64,000 bases of DNA from an uncultured delta proteobacterium (GTDB lineage Bacteria > Desulfobacterota > Binatia > Binatales > Binataceae), in contig CAWIHG010000005.1 in the NCBI GenBank assembly GCA_963835905.1, positions 891,629 to 955,628 on the forward strand, given 5' to 3'. Of this stretch, positions 55,425 through 64,000 are shown piece after piece. The notes under the pieces are model-generated. The model had not been told where the DNA came from. It was given only the letters and a program-made list of their open reading frames with translations, and did not search any database. Each line of letters starts with the position of its first letter. The first letter of the stretch is position 1. The translations under genes were made by a program, and so were the position numbers.

Positions 55425-55480
55425 CTATCCGAAATTCTCCATCGGGCTTTCCCTCTCCGGCGCTGGTGCGGCTGAAACTC

Positions 55481-56185
55481 TCAAACGTCGCCCGCGCGAT
55501 ACTCCAGCAGCGCGATTTCGCGGCGCACCTCGACCATCCGCGTGCGCATCCGCAGTTGCTCAAAGCGCACCAGCAGCATCCACGCCCACATCACGGTGAA
55601 TGCCAGCAGCGAGACCAGCAGCGTGATAACCATCCGGGGATCCTGCAAGCCGTGGCCGCCCTGGCGCGTCACCAGCACCGCCGGATGAATCGTCCGCCAC
55701 AGGCGCACCGACACGATCACCACCGGCACGTCGAGCGCGGCGACGATTCCGACCACCGCCGCGTAGCGCGCGACCATCGGCGAGTCGGCCATCGAGGACC
55801 GCAGCATCAGGTACCCGCCGTACAGCAGCCACAGGATGAAGGTGGTGGTGAGCCGGGAATCCCAGGTCCACCACGTGCCCCAAATAGGCTTGGCCCACAG
55901 CGATCCGCTGATCAGCACCAGCGTGCAGAATAGCATTCCGGATTCCGCCGCGGCGTAGCCGAGATCGTCCCAAATCTGGCCGCCCAGCCAGAGGTAGAAG
56001 ATTCCGGCGATCGCGACCAGCCCAAACGACGCGAACGCGACCCACGCGCATGGCACGTGGAAGTAAAAGATCCGCTGCACGATTCCCTGCTCGGCCTCGG
56101 TCGGCACCCACAGGAACACCATGAAGAGCGCCACGAGCATCAGGACCAGACTCGCGCCGCCCAGCGCCTGGATCACACGTTTCAT
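55481..56185 (-). CDS. ccmC: Heme exporter CcmC
   Basis: RIFYFHVP, WWD domain WAKPIWGTWWTWDSRLT, WRTIHP. Confidence 0.94.
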   Translation of the reverse strand: MKRVIQALGGASLVLMLVALFMVFLWVPTEAEQGIVQRIFYFHVPCAWVAFASFGLVAIAGIFYLWLGGQIWDDLGYAAAESGMLFCTLVLISGSLWAKPIWGTWWTWDSRLTTTFILWLLYGGYLMLRSSMADSPMVARYAAVVGIVAALDVPVVIVSVRLWRTIHPAVLVTRQGGHGLQDPRMVITLLVSLLAFTVMWAWMLLVRFEQLRMRTRMVEVRREIALLEYRAGDV

Positions 56186-56200
56186 GTTCGCGTCACCACC

Positions 56201-56872
56201 CTACTCTTCCCCGACCACGTGCTCGAACAGCAGGTAACCGGCGGTGAGAAACAGCGCGTCGAACGCGAGCAGGATTCCGACCCAGTTGCCCGCGTCGCCC
56301 GCCGGCGCCCCGCCGAGCGCCGCCTCGCTGGCGCGCACCCCGGCGATCAGCGCGGGCACGAACATCGGGACCGCCAGCAGCGGCAAGAGCAGGTCGCCGC
56401 CGCGCGCACGACCCGCAATCGCGGCCAGCAGCGTGGCGAGCGCGGCGAACCCGAGCGCGCCCATCGCGAGCACGGGCCCCAGCCGCAGCAGTGCGGCGGA
56501 GAACTCCAGGTTGAAAAACAGGACCATCATAATGACGCTCGCGAAAAGCGCGATCGCCATAAAGATGAACGACGCCGTGACCTTGGCGGCGAACAGCGTG
56601 GCGCGATCGACCGGGGCGAGCAGCAGCCCCCGGATGCATCCGTTCTCACTCTCGCTCAGCAGCACCCGCGTCGCGCCCAGCATCCCGGAGAACACCAGCG
56701 CGACCCACAATGCGCCGGCGGCGGTCTGCGGGCCGCGCGCGATGGCGGGGTCGAGCGCGAAGACCAGCACCACCAGCACCAGCAGCGCAAGCCCGACCAG
56801 CGCGATCGTGCTCTGGCCGCCGCGCAGCTCAAGGCGCAGATCCTTGCGCAGGATCGCGACGAATCCGGCCAT
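56201..56872 (-). CDS. ccmB: Heme exporter permease CcmB
   Basis: ILRKDLRLELR, E.ENG...GLLLAP, LLPLL.VP..VP. Confidence 0.9.
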   Translation of the reverse strand: MAGFVAILRKDLRLELRGGQSTIALVGLALLVLVVLVFALDPAIARGPQTAAGALWVALVFSGMLGATRVLLSESENGCIRGLLLAPVDRATLFAAKVTASFIFMAIALFASVIMMVLFFNLEFSAALLRLGPVLAMGALGFAALATLLAAIAGRARGGDLLLPLLAVPMFVPALIAGVRASEAALGGAPAGDAGNWVGILLAFDALFLTAGYLLFEHVVGEE

Positions 56873-56876
56873 CGGC

Positions 56877-57578
56877 TCAGCGCCCGAGCAGCGAGCGCAG
56901 CCTCCCGCCGCGCGGCGCGGCACTGGTTCTGCCCGATGCGACCATGCGTCCGCGCGCGAGCTCAAACACGTCGAACTCGGCGCCGGCAAGGTCGGGAATC
57001 CGATGCGCCGCGAGCACGATCGCGCAGCCGCGCGCCAATGCCTCCGCCACCAGCGACGCCATCAGCTCCGATCCCTGCACGTCGAGCGCGGCAAACGGCT
57101 CATCGAGCAGCAGCAGCGCGGGCTCGGAGATGAGCGCGCGGGCGGCGGCGAGGCGCTGTTCCATCCCGCGCGAATATCCGCGCACCCGCTGCTCGGCGGC
57201 GGCGCCCAGTCCGACGCGCTCGAGCCAGATTCCGGCGGCGGCGCGCGGGTCGGCAACGCCGAACAGGGACGCGTAAAATTCGAGATTCTCGCGCCCGCTG
57301 AGGTTCGGATAGAGAAAGCTCTGATGAGACAGCATGCCGATTCGCCTGCGATAGCGCGGGCCCAAGCGGCGGCTGTCCTCTCCGAAAATCAGCGCGCGCC
57401 CCTGCGAGGGCGCGACCAGACCGGCTAGGATCGCCACAAAGGTCGATTTGCCGGCGCCGTTGGCGCCCACGATAACCGCGCCGCGTCCCGGCAGCAGGCG
57501 AAACTCGACCTCACGCAACACCGGCGTCACACCAAAGGTCTTGTTCAATGAATGGGTTTCGACGACCGGCGCGGCCAT
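56877..57578 (-). CDS. ccmA: Heme exporter ATPase CcmA
   Basis: GANGAGKS, YSRGMEQR, LLLDEPF; within the ccm operon. Confidence 0.88.
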   Translation of the reverse strand: MAAPVVETHSLNKTFGVTPVLREVEFRLLPGRGAVIVGANGAGKSTFVAILAGLVAPSQGRALIFGEDSRRLGPRYRRRIGMLSHQSFLYPNLSGRENLEFYASLFGVADPRAAAGIWLERVGLGAAAEQRVRGYSRGMEQRLAAARALISEPALLLLDEPFAALDVQGSELMASLVAEALARGCAIVLAAHRIPDLAGAEFDVFELARGRMVASGRTSAAPRGGRLRSLLGR

Positions 57579-58090
57579 CAATCGGCCCATCCCGTGCTGC
57601 GGGCGGCGGGATGAAGCGATATTCCGCATTCGCCGCAGAACTTCGCATTGGCGGCCGTACGCACACCGCACTTGGGGCAGAACCGGACCCGCGCACCGGC
57701 TCCGATCGCGCGCGGCGGCGATGCGATCAGCGGCGACGGCGGCGGCGTGACCGGGCGCCGAATCGGCTCCACCCGGCGCGCAGGCTTCTTCTCCGCCGCC
57801 GCACGGTCCATGTCAGCGCGCAGCTTGTCGAGCGCCTCCATGCTGCCGAGCGCGCGGCCTTCCAGATCGCTGTGCAGCGAGTCGTAGTCCGCGTCGGACA
57901 GCTTGCCCATCTCGCGATCGAATTCGAGCTCGCGCAACCCCTGCACCGCGAGTCCGCGCTCATGCTCGAGGCGCTCTGACTCGATTTCCCGCACGTCGCG
58001 CCGTCGCAGGCGGAAAAACCCCGCGGCGAGCGGCGCCGCGACAAACAGCGCAACTCCGGCAACGATCATCGCGGCGGCCAGATAGATCAC
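57578..58090 (-). CDS. CcmI/CycH N-terminal-like membrane protein with C-terminal zinc ribbon
   Basis: TM, LRELEFD...GKLS..DY, FCPKCG...FCGECG. Confidence 0.7.
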   Translation of the reverse strand: MIYLAAAMIVAGVALFVAAPLAAGFFRLRRRDVREIESERLEHERGLAVQGLRELEFDREMGKLSDADYDSLHSDLEGRALGSMEALDKLRADMDRAAAEKKPARRVEPIRRPVTPPPSPLIASPPRAIGAGARVRFCPKCGVRTAANAKFCGECGISLHPAARSTGWAD

Positions 58091-58093
58091 GGC

Positions 58094-58624
58094 TCAGCGG
58101 CGCTCCTTGAGCTCGTCGTCGAGCCTCCGCTTAAGCTCGGGATCGAATCGCGCAGGATTCTGCGGCGCGTTGCCGGAGGAATCCGGCGGCGGCTGGTTGG
58201 TTTCGTTCGATCTCCAGCGCCGCGCGGCGAAGGCGATGAACACTCCGCCGATAGCGACGGCGGCAAACGGCATGATCCACGCCAGCAGATTGAAGCCCTG
58301 AGTGGTCGGCGAGGAGAGCACCTTTTCGCCGTACTTGTCGCGATAGAATGCGATTATCTCGGCGCGCGTGCGGCCCTCGTCGATCATCTTTTGGATCCGC
58401 GCACGCGCCGGAACCGAGAATTCGCAGGTCGGATGGTTGCAGTTGGCCACCGTCAGACCGCATCCGCACTGGCAGGTCAGTCCCTCGGCCACCTCGTTCA
58501 TGGTCGGGCGAACGGCGGCGGAGCCGCGCGAGGCGCTTGAAAGCCACACAATCGACGCCGCCACGATCACTATCGCGACGGCTCCGGCGGCTCCCAATGC
58601 GGCCCGGCGGCGCAGGATGCTCAT
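58094..58624 (-). CDS. ccmH: Cytochrome c biogenesis protein CcmH
   Basis: LTCQCGC, YGEKVLSSP..GFNLLAW.MP. Confidence 0.85.
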   Translation of the reverse strand: MSILRRRAALGAAGAVAIVIVAASIVWLSSASRGSAAVRPTMNEVAEGLTCQCGCGLTVANCNHPTCEFSVPARARIQKMIDEGRTRAEIIAFYRDKYGEKVLSSPTTQGFNLLAWIMPFAAVAIGGVFIAFAARRWRSNETNQPPPDSSGNAPQNPARFDPELKRRLDDELKERR

Positions 58625-60640
58625 TCGCCTCCAGGCGCGGTTTCCGCGCCAAAGCTGCGTTCGCGTTCGCGTCCGAGCGCCGCGGCGATCGCCGCGCGCT
58701 CGCGCACATTGGGCCACATCACGATCACCACGCCGAAGACCATCATCAGTCCTCCCGCCCACAGCCAGAAGACCAGCGGAGTCAGGAAGACCTGGAAGGT
58801 CGCGCGCGTGCCGCTGTCATCGATTCCCGCCAGCACCAGGTAAAGGTCGGCGAACGGCGTCGATCGAATCGCGACCTGAGTCGCCGGCTGCTGCTCGACG
58901 CCGGAAGAACAGCTTGGCCGGCGTCATCACCGTGATGAGCTTGCCGCCGCGGAACACCGATACGCGCGCGGTGAACCGATCCAGATGAGTGGTTTCGGTC
59001 GAGGTCAAGACCGTCGAACCGCAGCACGTACGATCCGATCGAAAAGGTCTGGCCCGCCTGCACGCTCTTCTTGACCTCGGCCTTGAAGAACTGACGAGCC
59101 GATTATTCCCACAAACGCGATCAGCACGCCGAGATGGATGATATAGCCGCCGTAGCGGCGATTGTTCTTGGCGACCAGGTTGACCAGCGCCCGGCCGGGA
59201 GGCTCGGCCACCATATGCTCGCGCGCCACCACTCCGCGCCGGAACTCGACCACGATGGTGCCGAGCACGAAACGCCGCCAGCGAAAACGCGGCCAGCACG
59301 TACCACATCCGGATGCCGGCGACGAACAGCGCAAGCCCCGTGGCGACGCCCAGCGCGGCCGGCGCGGCGAAGCTGCGCAGCAGGTTCTTCGGCGTGGTGC
59401 GCCGCCATGCGATCAGCGGTCCCACCCCCATCAGGAATAGAAGTCCCAGCGCGAGCGGCGCGTTGACCCGGTTGAAGAACGGCGGGCCGACCGTGATCTT
59501 CACTCCGCGCACCGCCTCCGACAGCACCGGGAAGATCGTTCCCCAGAACACCGCGAACGCGATTCCGACCAGCATGAGGTTGTTGAACAGGAAGGCCGCC
59601 TCGCGCGAGAGATAGGATTCGAACTCCGCCGGACTGCGCAGTTCCTTGGCCCGAAAGATCAGCAGCCCCGTGTAGCCCACGACCACGAACAGCAGGAAGC
59701 CCAGGAAGTACGGCCCCAGCCCCGATTGGGTGAACGAATGGACCGAGGAAATCACGCCGCTGCGGGTGATGAAGGTGCCGAAGATGGTCAGCGAAAACGC
59801 AAGCCCGATCAGCGCAAGGTTCCAGACCTTCAGCATGTCCTTGCGCTCCTGGATCATCACCGAGTGCAGGTACGCCGTCATCACGAGCCACGGCATGAAG
59901 GCCGCGTTCTCAACCGGGTCCCACGCCCAGTAGCCGCCCCATCCGAGCACTTCGTACGCCCATCTTGCGCCGAACAGATTGCCCAGGGTCAGGAACAGCC
60001 AGGAAAAGATCGCCCACCGCCGCGTCGAGCGGATCCACGAGTCGTCGAGCTTGCCGGTCATCAGCGCCGCCGCTCCGAACGCGAACGGCACCGACGCGCT
60101 GACGTAGCCGGTGTAAAGCGACGGCGGATGGATCGCCATCCAGTAGTTCTGCAAGAGCGGATTGAGGTCGTGCCCGTTGAGCGGCACCGGCGAGAGCAGG
60201 TCGAACGGGCGGGTGACGAAATTGAGCATCCCGAGGAAGAAGATCGCGATTCCCGCCAGCACCATCATCGCGTAGGGCGCGGTGTCGGGATTGCGGCGGC
60301 GATTCTGGAACGCCGCTATCGAGGTGAAGATCGAGAGCAGCCAGGTCCAGAACAGCAGCGAGCCCTGCTGCCCGCCCCATAGCGATGTGATCTTGTAGTA
60401 AATCGGCAGGCTGAGACTCGAATACGAGGCGACGTACTCGAGATGAAAGTCCGAGCGCAACAGCGCCGTCCACAGCGCCACGATCGCGATCGTCACCATC
60501 GCGCACATCGCCCACAGCGCGTGCCGTGCGCTGGACAGGAACGACGGCGTTCCCGTGCGCGCCCCGTACAGATTGGCGCCGATCGAATAGATCGCCAGCA
60601 AAAACGCGATCCCAAGGGCGAGTCTTCCTAGTTCAGGCAT
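58621..60640 (-). CDS. ccmF: Heme lyase CcmF, with about four frameshifts in its 3' third (probably sequencing indels)
   Basis: WGGQQGSLL, LNPLLQ, HPP, WGGYWAWDPVEN, TRSG..SVHSF; the C-terminus continues across frames (RRYGGYIIHLG; DLYLVL; PLVFWLW.GG) to the stop at 58621. Confidence 0.9.
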
Positions 60641-60649
60641 CGCTCCCCA

Positions 60650-61096
60650 CTACTTCGCCGTGTTCGGCCGGTACTTCGACGGACAACTGGTAAGCACCTG
60701 CGTCGCCGCGATTTCGCCCGACGCCAAGAGCTTGCCCTCCACGATCACGTCGCGCCCAGCCTTGAACATGTCGGGCTTGGGCTCTCCCGTGCAGGTCACC
60801 CGAAAAACCGGCTCGCTCACGTCCGCGACCGCCTTGACCGGCGCGGAGGCGGCGGGATCCGGCATCGGGGCGATCGCGAACTTGAGCGTCAGCGTGGTGG
60901 GATCCCAGCTGATGTTGCCTGGTTGGACCCGGCCCGCGACCCGCAGTCTCTGTCCGGCCAGCTCCGCCTTGCGCGCGCTGACCTCATTGACGGTGAGGTA
61001 ATACTCGGAGGTGGTGCGGATGGCGGTGAAGATGAGATAGGCGACCGCGGTGACAATCACCGCCGCCCCAAGAACGAATCGCAGCCTGACACGCAT
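60650..61096 (-). CDS. ccmE: Heme chaperone CcmE (CxxxY type)
   Basis: YYLTV.E, RVAGRV, PDMF..G..VIVEG, LTSCPSKY. Confidence 0.9.
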   Translation of the reverse strand: MRVRLRFVLGAAVIVTAVAYLIFTAIRTTSEYYLTVNEVSARKAELAGQRLRVAGRVQPGNISWDPTTLTLKFAIAPMPDPAASAPVKAVADVSEPVFRVTCTGEPKPDMFKAGRDVIVEGKLLASGEIAATQVLTSCPSKYRPNTAK

Positions 61097-61234
61097 ATAA
61101 AAAATCCGCTGACTCTCGCTGATTAACCAGACTCCAGCTTCCGCCCGGTTTGCGAAATTCGTGTCATTTTCGCAGGGTCGTATCGCGCGGGCAACCGGCC
61201 CGCAGCAGCCGGCTCGGGCCGGGGCGCGCCAGGA

Positions 61235-62074
61235 CTACTCTTCTTCTTGCGCGCCGGAGCGGCGCGAATCATGCGGTCCAAATGCGACTCCGCGTTTGCT
61301 GGCGCGGATAAATTCGATCATCTCGGCGACTTCGGCTGACGGCGTACCGGCCGACTCCAGGCGCTCGATCGCGGCCTTCAGATTTCCGCGCCGGCCGAAC
61401 AGCGCCGCGAACGCGCGCCTGAGCGGCCCGATCGCCGCGGGCGGAAATCCCGCCCGGCGCAGCCCGACCAGGTTTATCGCGCGCAGGGTATGGTCGCCGT
61501 CAACGATACAGAACGGAGGAATATCGCGGCTCATCCGCGCGCCTCCGCGGGCCAGCGCGAGCCGCCCAATCCGGGTGTACTGATGCACCACGCAATTGCC
61601 CGACACCAGCGCCCGATCCCCGACCTCGCACCATCCCGCAAGCAGCGCTCCGCCCGCGATAATCACACCGTTGCCGATCCGGCAGTCGTGCGCGACGTGC
61701 GCGTTCTGCATCATGAAGATGTCGTCGCCCATGACCGTGACCGTCCCGCGCTCGCACCCGCGATTGACCGTGGCGCCTTCGCGAAAGACGTTCCGGGCGC
61801 CGATCCTGACCTGGCGCGGCGCGCCGCTGTAGGTAAGGTCCTGCGGCTCGTCGCCGATCACGACGTTGGGATGAACTACGTTGTCGGCGCCGAGTTCGGT
61901 ATCGCCCAGGATTGTGACGTGGCCGACCAGCCGCGTGCGCGGGCCCAGCCGGATGCGCCCGTCGAGCAGGCAGAACGGTCCCACCTCCACGCCCGCGCCC
62001 AGCTCGACGTCGGCGCCGACGACGGCGGACGGGTGAACTCGGGGCGCGGTGCCGGGCGTGGTTTCGGTCGCCAT
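61235..62074 (-). CDS. lpxA: Acyl-ACP--UDP-GlcNAc O-acyltransferase
   Basis: VHPSAVV hexapeptide repeats, PQDL.Y, RE..T..RG, HVAHDC, HQY.RIG, N.VGLRR.GF. Confidence 0.9.
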   Translation of the reverse strand: MATETTPGTAPRVHPSAVVGADVELGAGVEVGPFCLLDGRIRLGPRTRLVGHVTILGDTELGADNVVHPNVVIGDEPQDLTYSGAPRQVRIGARNVFREGATVNRGCERGTVTVMGDDIFMMQNAHVAHDCRIGNGVIIAGGALLAGWCEVGDRALVSGNCVVHQYTRIGRLALARGGARMSRDIPPFCIVDGDHTLRAINLVGLRRAGFPPAAIGPLRRAFAALFGRRGNLKAAIERLESAGTPSAEVAEMIEFIRASKRGVAFGPHDSRRSGAQEEE

Positions 62075-62093
62075 TGTGATGAAGGTCCGCCGC

Positions 62094-62285
62094 TCAGTGG
62101 AGCAGCGGCCGCTTTTTCAGATCGTCGGGATGCTGCTTGTCTTCGTCGCCACGGCCGCCCGCGACGCGATATTCCTCGCCCGCCCAGGTGCCGAGATCGA
62201 TAAGCCGGCATCGCTCCGAGCAGAACGGCCGCGCGCGGTTATTGGGCGAGGTATTCGCCGGTTTTTGACAGATTGGGCATCGCAT
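62094..62285 (-). CDS. yacG: DNA gyrase inhibitor YacG
   Basis: CPIC...PFCSERCRLIDLG.W..E.Y. Confidence 0.92.
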   Translation of the reverse strand: MRCPICQKPANTSPNNRARPFCSERCRLIDLGTWAGEEYRVAGGRGDEDKQHPDDLKKRPLLH

Positions 62286-62367
62286 GATCGCGCCCGCAGA
62301 TGGAAAACTGCCAGATGCCTGCGTCCTGTGCAACGCCCGCCCGGCGTCCGCCGCATCGTGTGCAGCC

Positions 62368-62691
62368 TCAATCGGCCGGCACCTCGAGGATCACCCCGTT
62401 TTTGGTCACCTTGATGCACTCGACTTCGTTGCGCGAAAAGTCGGGGTCGCAGACCGGCTTGTCGGTCCCCGGGCATCGGTACAGGCTCGGCTCCAGGATC
62501 TGGCACTTCGACAGGTCAAAGCGCGCCGCCTGCTGCATCTGCGCCTCCGTCGCGCCGGGCGGCGGCGTCGCCGGCGAGCATCCGCTTGCCGCGAGCATCG
62601 CGGCCATCCCCGCGATCGCCGCGACCACGGCGCCGGCTCTTGCGGGCCTGCCCATCGTGCGCATCCGCGTGCGCAATGAATTTCGATCCAT
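62368..62691 (-). CDS. Small Cys-rich putative lipoprotein
   Basis: Hydrophobic segment ending ASGC lipobox, four further Cys; GGAGG RBS. Confidence 0.6.
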   Translation of the reverse strand: MDRNSLRTRMRTMGRPARAGAVVAAIAGMAAMLAASGCSPATPPPGATEAQMQQAARFDLSKCQILEPSLYRCPGTDKPVCDPDFSRNEVECIKVTKNGVILEVPAD

Positions 62692-62735
62692 GATTCTGCC
62701 TCCCCCTGATTTCGCCGCGCGCCGTGTGCCGATGC

Positions 62736-63383
62736 TCAAAAGATTTCGCTCTGTGAGCATCGATCGGAGCCGCCACCCAGCCTGAATGACGCGGCGTGGT
62801 GGTCGTAAATGATCCGTTCCGAGTAGCAGTACTGGTTCTGTCGAGCCGGTCCCTTGTAAATCATCCGCACCTGCACCTGCATCGTATTTTTCCCCGCTAT
62901 GACGTCGCGATAGGCGTCGGCGGGCAGGAACGAATAGAAGTAGTGCGGCACCGTGGGAGACACGATTCCGGTTTCGACCGAGGACAATTCGCCGTCCTGC
63001 TCCTTGACCAGCTTGCCGTCAATCCGCAGATGAACCGAGACCAGGCTGTCCACCGCCGGAATCTTCCCGAAGTTGCGGTACTCGACCACCACGCGCGGCA
63101 GCGGCGTGTCGGCCGCCTCGAACGTAACCTGCTGGATACCCAGGAACGGGCGATCGGCGATCGCGAACACCAGCGCGGTAACCTGCGCCGTGCGCCAGGC
63201 CGCGTATGCGGCAAATGCCGTCGCCGCGACCATCAGCAGCGCGATGAAATCGGCCAGCCCCAGCGCGTGGCGCATGCGCTGCAGTTGCGATCGCTCCCGG
63301 CGCTCGAGCGCGCGCTCGCGGGCCAGCTCGCGCTCGGTCCGGGTAGTGTCCTCCGGTTCGGTCAATTTTTCGCGCCTGGCCAT
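62736..63383 (-). CDS. Hypothetical single-TM membrane protein
   Basis: GGAGG RBS, TM, DRPFLG...NFGKIPA. Confidence 0.65.
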   Translation of the reverse strand: MARREKLTEPEDTTRTERELARERALERRERSQLQRMRHALGLADFIALLMVAATAFAAYAAWRTAQVTALVFAIADRPFLGIQQVTFEAADTPLPRVVVEYRNFGKIPAVDSLVSVHLRIDGKLVKEQDGELSSVETGIVSPTVPHYFYSFLPADAYRDVIAGKNTMQVQVRMIYKGPARQNQYCYSERIIYDHHAASFRLGGGSDRCSQSEIF

Positions 63384-63566
63384 GTCCCCCTCCGCCGCCA
63401 GTTACGATTCTGCCCACGCGGGATTTTAGACGATGCGGCCGGCTGGGGCGACTGAGCAAATCCGCCGCCCCGCGCGCCCTTGATGCGCCCGCGCCGTGGG
63501 CTGCTAGGATGAGCGATGCGCGCGCGGCTTCGCGCCGTTGCGCAAATCTACCGGGAGGCCATCACG

Positions 63567-64000
63567 ATGGCATCGACGCCCACCTCGCGCGGCCCCGTAT
63601 TCGGCACCGCGCTCGATCCCCTGATGGGCCAGGTCGAGGTGATCGAGCCGGGCCTGGCGATGTTCCACGGATTCGCCAACGTCGCCTTCGCCTACGGCCG
63701 CGGCGAAATGCTCGCGGCTGACACCAGCTCGCGCCAGATGGGCCGCATCGCAATCGAGGGCATCCGGAAAGTCACCGACGAGCCGATCTCGCTCATCATC
63801 TATACGCACGGCCACGGCGATCACGCGTTCGGCACCGAGGCGTTCATCCGCGACGCCGCCCAGCGCGGGTACGCGCGCCCGAAGATCTGGGCGCATGAGG
63901 ACCTCTCCGCTCGCTTCCGCCGCTACGCCAGGACCGCCGGATGGCAGGCGCACATCAACCGCCTGCAGTTCGGCGTCACCGTCCCCGTCGATGGCATCTT
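63567..64000 (+). CDS. Metallo-beta-lactamase-fold hydrolase (alkyl sulfatase-like), 3' truncated by window edge
   Basis: Manual translation MASTPTSRG...FANV...IIYTHGHGDHAFG with HxHxDH; GGAGG RBS. Confidence 0.85.
   Translation, partial: MASTPTSRGPVFGTALDPLMGQVEVIEPGLAMFHGFANVAFAYGRGEMLAADTSSRQMGRIAIEGIRKVTDEPISLIIYTHGHGDHAFGTEAFIRDAAQRGYARPKIWAHEDLSARFRRYARTAGWQAHINRLQFGVTVPVDGI

Noticed and set aside
58817..59334. Programmed ribosomal frameshifting in ccmF
   Set aside because: Four shifts in about 400 bp without slippery heptamers are better explained by sequencing indels.

Overview
This is GC-rich bacterial chromosomal DNA from a diderm (lpxA, Mla/Pqi-type transporter, ccm system I). 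Gene order and protein families suggest a Deltaproteobacteria-like or Candidatus Binatota host; this is inference. Most of the window is housekeeping: prmA-rsmE-gshB, clpP, gltX-guaA-der-era-rnc-mtaB-mnmA-iscS, cysE-cimA-lysC-tsaE-nnr, pdxJ, glmM-cdaR-cdaA-folP-ftsH-tilS, cbpM-cbpA/dnaJ, a ccm operon, lpxA and yacG. The accessory part is a ~13.4 kb element integrated in tRNA-Phe(GAA), bounded by identical 53-bp repeats at 2109-2161 and 15496-15548. It encodes a tyrosine integrase, an RHH repressor-like protein and an excisionase-like HTH (both missed by the ORF track), an RRM RNA-binding protein, TerS-like and TerL terminase subunits and a frameshifted tape-measure protein. No portal, capsid or other tail gene is recognisable, so it looks like an unusual phage satellite rather than a prophage. 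A 2383-nt poly-T run (3701-6083) inside the element is almost certainly an assembly gap or mask and hides part of it. Clustered single-base indels in ccmF and the tape-measure gene suggest local sequencing error. No CRISPR array or rRNA was seen.
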